Source: Leptolyngbyaceae cyanobacterium (GTDB lineage Bacteria > Cyanobacteriota > Cyanobacteriia > Phormidesmidales > Phormidesmidaceae). Taken from it: a DNA stretch of 64,000 nucleotides. Numbering within the stretch: the first letter of the stretch is position 1; every line of letters starts with the position of its first letter. The DNA lies in NCBI GenBank assembly GCA_965263355.1, contig CBDHHL010000056.1, positions 2,368,001 to 2,432,000 of the forward strand. Reading direction: 5' to 3'. Both the position numbers and the translations under genes were made by a program. A model generated the notes under the pieces. The model ran no database searches and was not told where the DNA came from. It saw nothing but the letters and a program-made list of their open reading frames with translations. This document shows positions 21,356 to 31,900 of this stretch, in pieces.

Positions 21356-22279
21356 ATGGATTCACTGAAGGGACGGGATCTGCTTAGCATGGCAGATTTA
21401 ACTAGTGCAGAACTAAATGAACTCTTGGAACTCGCCGCAAAACTCAAGGCAGGAACCAAGCAGCCCCAATGCCTCAATAAAGTCCTGGGACTAGTGTTTT
21501 CCAAGGCCTCTACTCGCACCCGTGTCAGCTTTTCAGTAGCCATGTATCAACTAAGAGGCCAAGTCCTTGATCTAAATGCTAGTGTTACCCAAGTGGGGCG
21601 TGGAGAACCGACTGCAGATACCGCCAGAGTCCTCTCTCGTTATCTGGATGTAGTCGCCATTCGCACCTTTCAACAATCTGAAATCGAGGAGTTTGCAGCT
21701 TATGCATCAATTCCTGTGATTAATGCCCTGACAGATCTAGAACATCCCTGTCAGATTTTGGCAGACCTGCTCACGCTTCGAGAAACGTTTGGTCACTTAG
21801 AAAACTTAACCATGTCTTATCTGGGCGATGGCAATAATGTCGCCAACTCGCTGATGCTGGGCTGTGCCTTGGCAGGGGTAAATATTCGAGTAGCGACACC
21901 CGATGGATACGCCCCCGAGAAAGCCATCATTGACCAGGCAGTCGCCCTTAGCCAAGGACGTAGCGATGTGATTGTCACCACTGACCCTAAAGCAGCCGTC
22001 CAAGGTAGCCATGCTCTCTATACCGATGTTTGGGCCAGTATGGGAGAAGAATCTGAGGCAGCACTCAGAATTCCCAAATTTCAGCCCTACCAAATTAATC
22101 AGTCAATGCTTGATTTGGCAGATAAGCAAGCCATTGTCCTTCACTGCCTACCAGCCCATCGTGGCGAAGAGATTAGCCATGATGTTATGGAAGGCCCCCA
22201 ATCTCGTATTTGGGACCAAGCTGAAAATCGTCTCCATGCTCAAAAGGCTTTACTGACAGCTATTCTGAGCCCGCATTAA
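21356..22279 (+). CDS. argF: ornithine carbamoyltransferase
   Basis: STRTR, HPCQILAD, DVWASMG, HCLPAHRG. Confidence 0.97.
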   Translation: MDSLKGRDLLSMADLTSAELNELLELAAKLKAGTKQPQCLNKVLGLVFSKASTRTRVSFSVAMYQLRGQVLDLNASVTQVGRGEPTADTARVLSRYLDVVAIRTFQQSEIEEFAAYASIPVINALTDLEHPCQILADLLTLRETFGHLENLTMSYLGDGNNVANSLMLGCALAGVNIRVATPDGYAPEKAIIDQAVALSQGRSDVIVTTDPKAAVQGSHALYTDVWASMGEESEAALRIPKFQPYQINQSMLDLADKQAIVLHCLPAHRGEEISHDVMEGPQSRIWDQAENRLHAQKALLTAILSPH

Positions 22280-23126
22280 GCCAGACCAGAATAGTCAAAC
22301 AACTTAAAATGAATACCCCTAAGGCCCCAGATAAAGGATTGCCATGGATACCGGTTACCCACTCAGGGACATTACCTGACGGTACAACTAAATCTGCTAC
22401 ATCAATGATGTAATAGCCCCAGATTAAGCCTCCATGAAAGCCCATCGGCAAACCTAAACTGGTAAACGGACGCCTATGAGACAACCACCGACAGAGATGG
22501 ATATAGCGGCTACTGCCCAAAATCAGCCCGAGCAAAAGTAGCCCTAAAAACTGAGGAGAGGTGCTAATTATTTCGGGCAACGGTTTAATAAAATGAGCCG
22601 CAGCAAAAAGCACACTACTCCAGAAAATAGCTTTAGGCCGAGGTAGGTCTATTTCCAATTCAGTTTGCAACCATCCACGAAATAGCAACTCCTCTGCAAA
22701 CCCAAACGCCAAGCCTATGACTAAGCCTTCTAGCGCAACCTTAATGAGTGGCTGCGGATAAAAGCTAGCCCAGCCCGCAAAAATTTCTAATCCAAATAGA
22801 AGACATACCAAGCTAAAGCCACCAATGAGTGCCAATACTAGATCACGAAAAAATCGTCTGCAGAGGACTAAACCATAGGCCTGGAAAGGATTATGCAAAG
22901 CATGTCCCCAGTAACTCCAACACCAAGCATGGGCAATAAAACATCCATATAGCATGATTAAAGCCAATGCGTTAGTGACATTGGAGCGGCCACTCCAATA
23001 ACCAATGCCATAGAAGATAAATGAAAATGGAGCCCATATTACTAACAATGTCGTCAAAAAAACGACAATTCGCCAAATCAATGGAATATGAGTCAAACGC
23101 TGATATAGCTTGGCCCACGTTATCAT
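22260..23126 (-). CDS. CPBP (CAAX-protease-like) intramembrane protease
   Basis: EELLFRG, FAAAH, GFHGG; multiple TM helices. Confidence 0.88.
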   Translation of the reverse strand: MITWAKLYQRLTHIPLIWRIVVFLTTLLVIWAPFSFIFYGIGYWSGRSNVTNALALIMLYGCFIAHAWCWSYWGHALHNPFQAYGLVLCRRFFRDLVLALIGGFSLVCLLFGLEIFAGWASFYPQPLIKVALEGLVIGLAFGFAEELLFRGWLQTELEIDLPRPKAIFWSSVLFAAAHFIKPLPEIISTSPQFLGLLLLGLILGSSRYIHLCRWLSHRRPFTSLGLPMGFHGGLIWGYYIIDVADLVVPSGNVPEWVTGIHGNPLSGALGVFILSCLTILVWLNAGSE

Positions 23127-23180
23127 TTTGGATTAATGGGCCATGGCCGAATATAAGAGGAATCTAACCTCGACTGTTTT

Positions 23181-23471
23181 TTACTCATCCGGCTCAATGG
23201 TACTTGTGAGCCCCTTAGACCGTAGCATTTCACTGTAAAACTCAGCATGCTCTAACTCACAAACAATAACTAGCCCTACTCCTGAATTATGAGCCTGCAT
23301 CATAATATCAACTGCCTGTGGCACTGAGAGGCTAGGGACAGTCTTTACCAAAGACTCCACAACATACTCCATGGAGTTGAAATCATCGTTATGCAATAAC
23401 ACCCGATAGCGGGGAGCATGCTGCCGCTTATTGGACGTAACTGTTTTTTCAATTGTCCCAGTAGACACCAT
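23181..23471 (-). CDS. clpS: Clp protease adaptor ClpS
   Basis: YRVLLHNDDFNSMEYVV, IMMQAH, GLTSTIEP. Confidence 0.95.
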   Translation of the reverse strand: MVSTGTIEKTVTSNKRQHAPRYRVLLHNDDFNSMEYVVESLVKTVPSLSVPQAVDIMMQAHNSGVGLVIVCELEHAEFYSEMLRSKGLTSTIEPDE

Positions 23472-23872
23472 GGTCTTATTACCCGTTAAATCAAGCAAAG
23501 TTAATTTCAGACAAAGACTAATCTGAAGACAAGCCCCAAATATAAACTACGCACACTGTTTTTAATTTTAACCAGAACTTATCTCAAAACCCAGACATAA
23601 ACCTCTAAATAGACATCAGATAAGGGATTGCCAATCTGAGCCAATTTCAGCAAGCTTAAAAAGCAACAAATAAATAATTTAAGTAAATGTTTCTAAACAC
23701 GCTTAGTGGTAGCTTATTAGCTAATTTAACAAAAATTGAACTTTTGCATCTTATTTCATTCCGCCACGTGGCCACATAATCAAAAGTCCTTTTCTTTCAA
23801 GGGATTGGGGACATAATCCCCATGAAATCACTGACCTATATCCGTTTGTTTAATTGAAACTTTTTTTTCAAA

Positions 23873-24304
23873 ATGGTTACCATAACTCCCGGACAAATTG
23901 TTTACCTTGAGTGCTTGGACCAGCGTCTCTACGCTGAAGCCATCCAGTTAGCTGGATCTGTGCGCTTGTGGTGTCGGCCTTTAATGCTGGTATGTCATCT
24001 CCCCTATGGCTCTCGTCAACAACAAATGATGATTGCCGAAGCTGCAACTGATCCTGAAACCTGCAACTTGGACCTTTATGACCTTAAAACGGCTCCTGAC
24101 CTAGTTTGGCCCATCAATCGATTCAAACTGGCCTTTGACACCGACTTTTTTGCCCTGCTATTCCACTTACGCATTGCTGAGGATAGGGGGAACGACAAAT
24201 TGGCAAAACAGCATTTTCAAAACTTTGTGCACATATGCTGGAACCATAGAAGCCTTGATGACGATACGCCTCAATCATCTACAAAGTTAGTTTCAATCCG
24301 GTGA
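23873..24304 (+). CDS. hypothetical protein
   Basis: 143-aa ORF; RLYAEAIQ...WCRPL...DLVWP resembles a cyanobacterial conserved family. Confidence 0.7.
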   Translation: MVTITPGQIVYLECLDQRLYAEAIQLAGSVRLWCRPLMLVCHLPYGSRQQQMMIAEAATDPETCNLDLYDLKTAPDLVWPINRFKLAFDTDFFALLFHLRIAEDRGNDKLAKQHFQNFVHICWNHRSLDDDTPQSSTKLVSIR

Positions 24305-24320
24305 AGTCTTACAAGAGCGA

Positions 24321-24515
24321 CTATCGAACCGTTGGAACTAACTGAATACGTCCTTCATCCATTTCACTCATGAGTAATTCAAGGGCTTCATAGTCAACTT
24401 CTGAAATGTAGCCCAAACGAGAAAGTTCAGAATTAATTTGTTCTTCAATATCAGGAGTGAGCCGCTTTGTATAAAGAGCTTTCTCTACCAGTTGGCGAAT
24501 GGCAAACGAGTGCAT
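24321..24515 (-). CDS. small conserved cyanobacterial hypothetical protein
   Basis: IRQLVEKAL...LTP...DYEALELLM...GRI pattern. Confidence 0.7.
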   Translation of the reverse strand: MHSFAIRQLVEKALYTKRLTPDIEEQINSELSRLGYISEVDYEALELLMSEMDEGRIQLVPTVR

Positions 24516-24873
24516 GGTGGCTTCAGCAAGCTTTCAATCAATATTTGCATCCCAAGGAGCATTGCCTATCTGGAATAGGTTCACTCCTCTTTGGGGTTAT
24601 CTCAAGTGAAACTGCTGAAATTAGCAACCTCAGTGATCCGCATCACTAAACATTAGAGCCCATCAGCTGCACCATCAACGGGGTAGCATCTGATACCGTT
24701 TGGAAGCCGGACTTTCTAGAAACTTCAAAGAATTGGACCACACATTAAGATTCCGCAAATAGCCGTTAGGTATCTGGGCAAGCTGAACTTCACACGTTAG
24801 CTTCGAGAATATATGGAAAGGTCGTGGTCCAAAACTTACATTTCAATCTAATCAAACTGATAGGAGACAGATT

Positions 24874-25194
24874 ATGAGTAGTGTTGAAACATCAGTAACA
24901 ATTGTGCGGCCTGCAGGCGCTCTAACATCCGCTACAGTTGATGCTTTTATGCAAGAGATGTTAAATGCAATCACATCTGACAATGCCAACGAGGTAGCCA
25001 TTGATATGGCAGCTGTGGACAGTGTGGATAATTCTGGGCTTTTGGCCCTAATGGCCGGGTGCGATACTGCTAAGCGCCATCGTAAGCGTTTGAGTCTATG
25101 TGATGTTGCCCCCCCAGTACGCATTGTGTGTGAGCTGGCACAGATTGATCGAGCGGTAGCGATGGTAGACAGTCAAAAGTTACAGGCTGCTTAA
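24874..25194 (+). CDS. STAS-domain anti-sigma factor antagonist
   Basis: IDMAAVDSVDNSGL, PPVRIVCELAQID; AGGAG RBS. Confidence 0.88.
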   Translation: MSSVETSVTIVRPAGALTSATVDAFMQEMLNAITSDNANEVAIDMAAVDSVDNSGLLALMAGCDTAKRHRKRLSLCDVAPPVRIVCELAQIDRAVAMVDSQKLQAA

Positions 25195-25273
25195 CCGTTA
25201 TCTCTAGAGAGGTCATTCCTGCCCCCTTTAACGACCGCAACCAATTCTTTTGATGAGGCTTTATAGGTTTTAG

Positions 25274-25327
25274 CGACTACAGGCGAACAGGCCAGCCTAA
25301 CTACCCTGTTCGCCTGTAGTCGTTTTT
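25274..25327 (+). terminator. long perfect hairpin (18-bp stem) with T-tail
   Basis: CGACTACAGGCGAACAGG (25274-25291), 13-nt loop, CCTGTTCGCCTGTAGTCG (25305-25322), TTTTT. Confidence 0.7.
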
Positions 25328-25424
25328 GGCTGATGCTGAACACCTTTCTAGGTAGCTGAGTGGTGGCATTCGAGAGTGATTAGAATCAGCTATAGTTTAT
25401 GTCTGAGTTGCTTTTTTCCTCGCC

Positions 25425-28136
25425 GTGGCTATCGCTGTAAACCAACTGATTACCCCAGATATTGCTCGTCCTGCTCGCTACTTAGGGAATGAGTTGGGGG
25501 CAATTCATAAAGCATGGGAAACTGCCACAATTCGCTGGGTCCTGACCTATCCAGAAATTTATGAAGTAGGCGCTTCAAACTTGGGGCATATCATCCTCTA
25601 TAGCATTATCAATCAGCAGCCTAGACAGCTTTGCGATCGCGCCTACCTCCCCGGCCCAGATCTGGCCCAAAAACTAACAGCAAGCAACACCCCTCTGTTT
25701 GCTGTTGAAGCACGACGACCGCTGACTGACTTCGATATTTTGGGTTTTAGCCTCAGTTATGAACTGGGTGCCACTAATATTTTAGAAATGCTAACTCTGG
25801 CAGGTATTCCCTTAACCTGGCAAGAACGTATAAGCGATGGCCCTTGGAATACATCTAGCTGGCCCATGATTTTTGCAGGTGGCCAAACCGCCACCTCTAA
25901 CCCTGAACCCTACGCCGATTTTTTTGACTTTATCGCCCTAGGAGACGGCGAAGAACTATTACCAGAAATTGGCTTAGTGCTTGAAGAAGGCAAAGCTGTA
26001 GGCATGACTCGTCAGGAAATTTTGTTGGATCTGGCTCAGGTCCCTGGCGTTTATGTACCCCAGCTTTATGACATGGCTGATGACGGATCGGTCCATCCTA
26101 ATCGCAGTGATATTCCTAAACGCATTCTCCGCCGCGTCGCCACCCCAATGCCTGACTATGCTATCGGGTTAGTCCCCCATGTACAAACCGTTCACGATCG
26201 TCTAACCATTGAAATTCGACGCGGCTGTACCCGAGGCTGTCGGTTTTGTCAGCCGGGTATGTTGACCCGACCAGCCCGAGATGTCGCTCCAGCAGATGTG
26301 ATCGATACAATCGAACGGGGTATGCAAGCAACGGGCTATAACGAATTTTCATTGCTTTCCTTAAGCTGCTCAGATTACTTAGCTCTGCCTGCTGTTGGTG
26401 TAGAAGTCAAAAACCGACTCAAGAACTACAACGTTTCTCTTTCATTACCCAGTCAACGGGTTGACCGTTTTGACGAAAATATTGCCCATATCGTTGGTGG
26501 CACTCGCAAAACAGGACTGACTTTTGCGCCTGAAGCCGGTACCCAACGGATGCGGGACATCATCAATAAAGGCCTGACAAATGAAGAACTGCTGAGCGGT
26601 GTCAAAACGGCCTATGAACAAGGGTGGGATAAGGTCAAACTCTATTTCATGATTGGTCTACCCGGCGAAACTGACGCTGATGTACTTGGCATTGCTGAAA
26701 CTATCCATTGGCTGCGTCAGGAGTGCCATACCAAAGGGCGTCGATCATTAAATTTTAACATTACAGTCTCTAATTTCACCCCTAAGCCACACACCCCTTT
26801 TCAGTGGCATTCCGTCTCCACCAGTGAGTTTGAACGCAAACAAGACATACTCCGCGAGGCATTCCGTTCTATTCGTGGCGTTAAGGTAAACTTCACAGAC
26901 GTTCGAATTTCTGCCATGGAAGACTTTATCGGTCGGGGCGATCGACGCCTAGCCCCGGTAGTACGCCGCGCATGGGAACTGGGCGCAGGCATGGATGCCT
27001 GGTGGGAAAGTTTAGAACGAGCCTTTAATGCTTGGACCCAAGCTATTGATGATGCCGGATTAACCTGGAAGTACCGTCAGGTGGAACGGGGGGAATGGAA
27101 TCTAGGTGAGTCATTGGAACAATCCAACAACGAACAGCTAGACAACCAGCAGGCAAACAGTTTTGACCATTGGAAAACAGCCATGGATGCTCCCTTACCC
27201 TGGGACCATTTGGATACGGGGATCGATAAGCATTGGCTTCAGGAAGAGCTACGTCGTGCCCTGGCAGCAGCAGTGGTTCCCGACTGTTCATTTGCAAGCT
27301 GCTCTCATTGTGGCGTATGCGGTACTGATTTTGGCCACAATGTTGTGATCCCTCCATTACCCATACCCACCTTTGAGGGACATGGTAAACCTTGCTCTGA
27401 GAGAGTTCAGAGGCTACGTATTACCCTTGGAAAATTAGGGGATATGGCTTTGATTGGTCATCTGGATTTAGCCAGAATGCTGGACCGCGCCGTTCGCCGT
27501 GCTGCCTTACCAATTTCATTTACCGGTGGCTACCATCCTGGCCCCCGCATAGCCCCTGCCAATGCTTTACCACTCGGAGCCACAAGTACAGGAGAGGTGG
27601 TTGACTTTGAACTAACTGAAACTATGGATATTGCTGACTTTAAACAGCAATTGCAGAGGCAGCTATCGGACACCCTACCTATCTACGGTGTTCAAGTAGT
27701 CGATCTCAAAGCCCCATCAGCTACTAAAGCCCTAGCTCAGGCTGACTACTTATTGGCAATCACAGCCCAACAGGGGGAGGATGACATTCCTTGGGAAGCT
27801 TGGATTGATCAGATCCTAGCTACGGATGAAATCTTGGATATTCACACCACTAAATCTGGCAAGGTTAAACAGATTGATTTGAGAGCACGCCTTCATAGCC
27901 TAGAAATCGTTTATGCATTGCCCGCTCATTTGCCTGCAAGCGTTATCCATAAACTCACGACTACTGGTGATGTAGTGATTCGATATATAGGTAGCTGTCG
28001 AAATGATGGCAATATGCTCCGGCCTGAACAGATGTTGCATATGCTAGAAAAGCAACAGGGAGGAACCAAAACGGCTTCACTGTTATTAGGACATGTGCAT
28101 CGTCAACAGTTAATTCTGGATGAAGTTACGAGCTAA
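25425..28136 (+). CDS. B12-binding-like radical SAM protein fused to a radical-SAM-linked (DUF2344-type) domain
   Basis: RGCTRGCRFCQ (CxxxCxxC), APEAGTQR, C-terminal Cys cluster, then GHLDL...FTGGYHP...ANALPLG. Confidence 0.9.
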   Translation: MAIAVNQLITPDIARPARYLGNELGAIHKAWETATIRWVLTYPEIYEVGASNLGHIILYSIINQQPRQLCDRAYLPGPDLAQKLTASNTPLFAVEARRPLTDFDILGFSLSYELGATNILEMLTLAGIPLTWQERISDGPWNTSSWPMIFAGGQTATSNPEPYADFFDFIALGDGEELLPEIGLVLEEGKAVGMTRQEILLDLAQVPGVYVPQLYDMADDGSVHPNRSDIPKRILRRVATPMPDYAIGLVPHVQTVHDRLTIEIRRGCTRGCRFCQPGMLTRPARDVAPADVIDTIERGMQATGYNEFSLLSLSCSDYLALPAVGVEVKNRLKNYNVSLSLPSQRVDRFDENIAHIVGGTRKTGLTFAPEAGTQRMRDIINKGLTNEELLSGVKTAYEQGWDKVKLYFMIGLPGETDADVLGIAETIHWLRQECHTKGRRSLNFNITVSNFTPKPHTPFQWHSVSTSEFERKQDILREAFRSIRGVKVNFTDVRISAMEDFIGRGDRRLAPVVRRAWELGAGMDAWWESLERAFNAWTQAIDDAGLTWKYRQVERGEWNLGESLEQSNNEQLDNQQANSFDHWKTAMDAPLPWDHLDTGIDKHWLQEELRRALAAAVVPDCSFASCSHCGVCGTDFGHNVVIPPLPIPTFEGHGKPCSERVQRLRITLGKLGDMALIGHLDLARMLDRAVRRAALPISFTGGYHPGPRIAPANALPLGATSTGEVVDFELTETMDIADFKQQLQRQLSDTLPIYGVQVVDLKAPSATKALAQADYLLAITAQQGEDDIPWEAWIDQILATDEILDIHTTKSGKVKQIDLRARLHSLEIVYALPAHLPASVIHKLTTTGDVVIRYIGSCRNDGNMLRPEQMLHMLEKQQGGTKTASLLLGHVHRQQLILDEVTS

Positions 28137-28173
28137 GGCTGTGTCACACTAGTTCATTGTCGACTCTGTCACC

Positions 28174-28818
28174 ATGAAATTCAAACTCATTCTGGGGTCA
28201 GCTATTTCGACTCTCTACTTAATACTGCCAGGACATTACGGCTTAGCCCAATCACAACAGCCAGAGGAGCAACCATCAACCTGTCAGCTGAGGGCTCAGC
28301 AACCACGCACGGATGAGCATACACCAGCGCACAGACCATCATCCCAGCTGTTATTAGCAGCGAAGCTAGAGGCCATCTGCCGACTCAATGACCAGCAACC
28401 ACGCACGGATGATAGCGCGATCGCAACGGATGATAATCCCTCACCTGACCATTTCACGGTACCAAGCCTCTGGTGGCATGAGCAACAGGTAGGAGAAGCC
28501 ATCAACAGCCGCCTGATTGATAGTTGGCGGGCATACGATAACACTATCAATACAAAGACTGGCCAAGCCATCTCCCATGTAGATGTGGTAATCAACAGCC
28601 AGCTCTGGCCGTTACTTAATTATTTAGAGCGCTATTCATTAATTACTCAGTTTGGCGAGAGCGCTCAATCCTACGGCTATCAGCTACGGATTTTTACAGG
28701 TAATCGTCTAGTGGGTCTACAGGTGTGTGACTTTGCAAATGATTCCTCCACGCCCACTTGCGTTGTGGAGTTAAATTATTTTGGCCAAGGAGCTATTCGG
28801 GGTGGCCGTCGGCGCTAA
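28174..28818 (+). CDS. exported hypothetical protein
   Basis: Signal peptide; PSLWW...W..LNYLERYS...FG..A..YGY motif; 20-bp duplication (QQPRTD) at 28297 and 28393. Confidence 0.75.
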   Translation: MKFKLILGSAISTLYLILPGHYGLAQSQQPEEQPSTCQLRAQQPRTDEHTPAHRPSSQLLLAAKLEAICRLNDQQPRTDDSAIATDDNPSPDHFTVPSLWWHEQQVGEAINSRLIDSWRAYDNTINTKTGQAISHVDVVINSQLWPLLNYLERYSLITQFGESAQSYGYQLRIFTGNRLVGLQVCDFANDSSTPTCVVELNYFGQGAIRGGRRR

Positions 28819-29941
28819 ACAACTCAGCCAGCTGAGCTTGCCCCTCTGCAGATAAGGGCAATAACACTTCCCCGTGCCCTGATACCAACAACGTTTCTTT
28901 GTACAGTTGAACGGGCAACTGCACATCAGGCAAGAAAAACAAGGGCGATACCCCATGACTCGCCACAGAAATCTGAGTGGCAATCGGATCTTGCCAACAG
29001 AACTTCATCCATGATTGAGCTGCATCAGTCAGTTTTGCATCGACTGGGGCAACCCAAAGATCGCTAGTCAAAACAGTTCCCTCCTGAGGATGAACAGCGC
29101 CAAGACGACGATAGCGGACTAACGTCGCTAAAATATCGCCACTCCAGCCAACGGCCAACCAAACATCTTCATTGACTAACGCTTTCAGATAATCTTGGGA
29201 ATCAAACACTTTAACTTGACGATATAGCGCTAAAAGCTGTTCTTTTATATCGTCTTGAGCCAAAACAGCTTCATCATTAACAGAATATTCCAATGCCTTT
29301 AGCACAATAGCTGCAACTAGCCTGGGCTGGTCAGGCATAGCAATTTTTCCGGCCAATTCTGGTCGCCAAAGATCTGCCCATTTGGTAATCGGCTTGAGGT
29401 TGGAATTAGATTTAAATATGGGCTTTTGATAGGCAATCATCAGCCCTTGAGTACGATAAGGAACTGCCCAAAGCTGCCCCTGAAGCTGCGATTGCCCTTG
29501 ACTATCACGTCTGAGCAAACGTTGCCAGGGCTCCGGCAAATTTTTGACTAGCTCAAATTCTGGTAACGGTTGAATTAGGTTGTTAGCAATTGCATGCTCC
29601 AACCAGGGGTCGCTGAGGGAGACGAGATGTGTTTTTACAGTTGATGCTACTGCGTCTGAAGGCGTATTGCCTAACGTTAACAATCGTCGCCACAAGGGAG
29701 GCCTTCGTGGTGTTTGAGCCTGCCACCGTTGCAACTGTTGATAAATATCTACCAGGTTAGTTTCAACTTCAAACTCAGCTGGGGTTTCCCTACTAAATGC
29801 CTTCAAAACTCGGAGTGGCACTGAATGCGCTAGCAATTTCACTTTTAAGGCATTAGATAAACTGGGCCGACAACTGGCAACGGCAGCCCCTAATAGTGCC
29901 CATAATACTGTGCGCCGTTTGATCATCGTGTTCTCGTACAA
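28793..29941 (-). CDS. PotD/PotF-like extracellular solute-binding lipoprotein
   Basis: Tat-like KRRTVL with ASC lipobox; WAVPY, WADLWRPEL, AVGWSGD, EGTVLTSDLW. Confidence 0.85.
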   Translation of the reverse strand: MYENTMIKRRTVLWALLGAAVASCRPSLSNALKVKLLAHSVPLRVLKAFSRETPAEFEVETNLVDIYQQLQRWQAQTPRRPPLWRRLLTLGNTPSDAVASTVKTHLVSLSDPWLEHAIANNLIQPLPEFELVKNLPEPWQRLLRRDSQGQSQLQGQLWAVPYRTQGLMIAYQKPIFKSNSNLKPITKWADLWRPELAGKIAMPDQPRLVAAIVLKALEYSVNDEAVLAQDDIKEQLLALYRQVKVFDSQDYLKALVNEDVWLAVGWSGDILATLVRYRRLGAVHPQEGTVLTSDLWVAPVDAKLTDAAQSWMKFCWQDPIATQISVASHGVSPLFFLPDVQLPVQLYKETLLVSGHGEVLLPLSAEGQAQLAELFSADGHPE

Positions 29942-30027
29942 TGCCTACTTAACCTAGCGCAATCGATGAAAACTACCCGATTCAAACCCCTGATTCAATG
30001 AATCTTGTCAATTTTGCGATCGCTTAT

Positions 30028-30060
30028 AAAAAAAGGGGAAGGTTCTAAACGCTTCCCCTT
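30028..30060 (-). terminator. Rho-independent terminator of psbV
   Basis: A-run then AAGGGGAAG...CTTCCCCTT hairpin, 55 nt beyond the psbV stop. Confidence 0.75.
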
Positions 30061-30115
30061 GTTAGGCTAATCAAAACGTTCAGCTCCTGATGGTCAGAAG
30101 CCTTTAGAGACCTGG

Positions 30116-30628
30116 TTAAAATGTAGCAGGGGCAGAGAAACGAGTCTTACCAGCCCCCCACATTCCACCTAAAACCTTGGGCTGAAGCAAAATATAACCG
30201 GAGATCGCCTCTACATCATCGTCAGTTAGACTACGCATCTTGGGGAAAATATCAGTACTCTTCATACTGGGATGAAGCTCAGAAATTTCAGTCAAACCAT
30301 CGTAAGTTGTCGGGTTATTTAAATAATCGACTAGAGCTTCTAAGTTATTACGACTGGGATATGCTCCTTCTAACGCTTCAGGTTCTAAACCAACGTTGGG
30401 GTTAGTCTTGGTAATACCCTGAACATGGCAAGTAGCACAGGCGTAATTAAAATTTTTACGGCCCAGAGCAACCTGCTCTAGGGAAAGCACTACTGTGTCA
30501 CCCTGCTCATTCAGGGGAATAGTACGGGTCGCCTCATCTAGCTCAGCCGCCATCGCATTGCTACCTACAAACAGGTTACCGACCAAAAAAACAGTCGCGA
30601 CCACCAGCCAAATGCATTTTTTCAACAT
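30116..30628 (-). CDS. psbV: photosystem II cytochrome c550
   Basis: Signal peptide; CATCH heme motif, TKTNPNV, PTTYDG, LHPS...DIFPKMR. Confidence 0.96.
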   Translation of the reverse strand: MLKKCIWLVVATVFLVGNLFVGSNAMAAELDEATRTIPLNEQGDTVVLSLEQVALGRKNFNYACATCHVQGITKTNPNVGLEPEALEGAYPSRNNLEALVDYLNNPTTYDGLTEISELHPSMKSTDIFPKMRSLTDDDVEAISGYILLQPKVLGGMWGAGKTRFSAPATF

Positions 30629-30869
30629 GATTCTCCTCGAAATGGATCGCCCATAAAATACGCAAAACAGCAAAAAGCATTGAGTCTAAAAAGTAGACAA
30701 TGCTCGCGATTTTACGGCTAGCTGATCAACCATATCCAAGGTGAAACAAGAGATTCCCTGAGGAAACAACCACTGTTTTGCAGGTGGATAAGGTTTATTT
30801 CAGGTAGCCAATAGTTAATAACCATCATGCCACCGATAGGGTCAATTCCCAAGACAGTTGAAGGGTTGA

Positions 30870-31808
30870 CTATATCACCGGTTTGATCTGCACTGGTTGA
30901 CCATTAACAGCTCTCTCCAGAGACACCTGACTTAGGGAAGGAGATTGGGTAGGTAGCTGATGCAACCGAATTAACTGAGCAACAGCATCTTTAAGCTGGG
31001 TTCGGGGCACAATTTTATCGACAAAGCCATGTTTCAGCAGATATTCTGATGTCTGAAAGTCATCTGGCAACTTTTCCCGAAGGGTTTGTTCAACTACGCG
31101 GCGACCGGCAAATCCAATAGTGGCATCCGGTTCGGCCAAAATAATATCGCCTAGCATGGCAAAACTTGCAGTTACCCCTCCTGTGGTGGGATGGGTCAAA
31201 ATTGGTATATAAAGCAAACGGCTATCACGATGACGTTCGAGCGCCGCTGAAATTTTCGCCATTTGCATCAGACTAAGCATGCCTTCCTGCATGCGGGCAC
31301 CACCCGATGCACAAACAATGACAACTGGCAAATGGCCCGCAGTCGCATGCTCAATTAAACGAGTGATTTTTTCGCCTACAACCGAGCCCATACTCCCGCC
31401 CATAAAGCGAAAATCCATTACCCCCAAGGCAACACCTTCGCCATTAATCTGGCCAACCCCGGTTTGCACCCCATCATTGAGTTTTGTTTTACTTTGCATA
31501 TCGCGCAGCCGGTCACTGTAGGCTTTGCGATCTCGAAACCTTAAAGGATCCTGAGGCGCAATTTGCTCATTCAAAGGCTGCCAGGTATCTGCATCGATCA
31601 ACTGCTCAATCCGCTCATCACTAAAAACACGATAGTGATGGCCACATTCTGGGCAGACCATCTGGTTAGCCCGCAGATCTTTGGTATAAGTCAGCACTCC
31701 ACATTCACCACACTTGGTCCAAAGACCGTCAGCAATCTCACGCTCCTGACGATCCTGGCTAATGGGGCTTTCTTTCTTACGATTTGCAAACCAGTCAAAA
31801 AGGGACAT
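30870..31808 (-). CDS. accD: acetyl-CoA carboxylase carboxyltransferase beta subunit
   Basis: GLWTKC zinc finger, [32 protein letters not shown]. Confidence 0.98.
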   Translation of the reverse strand: MSLFDWFANRKKESPISQDRQEREIADGLWTKCGECGVLTYTKDLRANQMVCPECGHHYRVFSDERIEQLIDADTWQPLNEQIAPQDPLRFRDRKAYSDRLRDMQSKTKLNDGVQTGVGQINGEGVALGVMDFRFMGGSMGSVVGEKITRLIEHATAGHLPVVIVCASGGARMQEGMLSLMQMAKISAALERHRDSRLLYIPILTHPTTGGVTASFAMLGDIILAEPDATIGFAGRRVVEQTLREKLPDDFQTSEYLLKHGFVDKIVPRTQLKDAVAQLIRLHQLPTQSPSLSQVSLERAVNGQPVQIKPVI

Positions 31809-31900
31809 AGACCCTGTTCTCGATACATAGCTCCCTCCAATCCTACCGGCTTGTTCACCTACCGGGAATAGGCAGTAGCAATTTTATTCGCGGCCATAGA

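Noticed and set aside
25274..25322. 18-bp inverted repeat as MITE or IS ends
   Set aside because: Only 13 nt between the arms, no target-site duplication and a T-tail; a terminator fits better.
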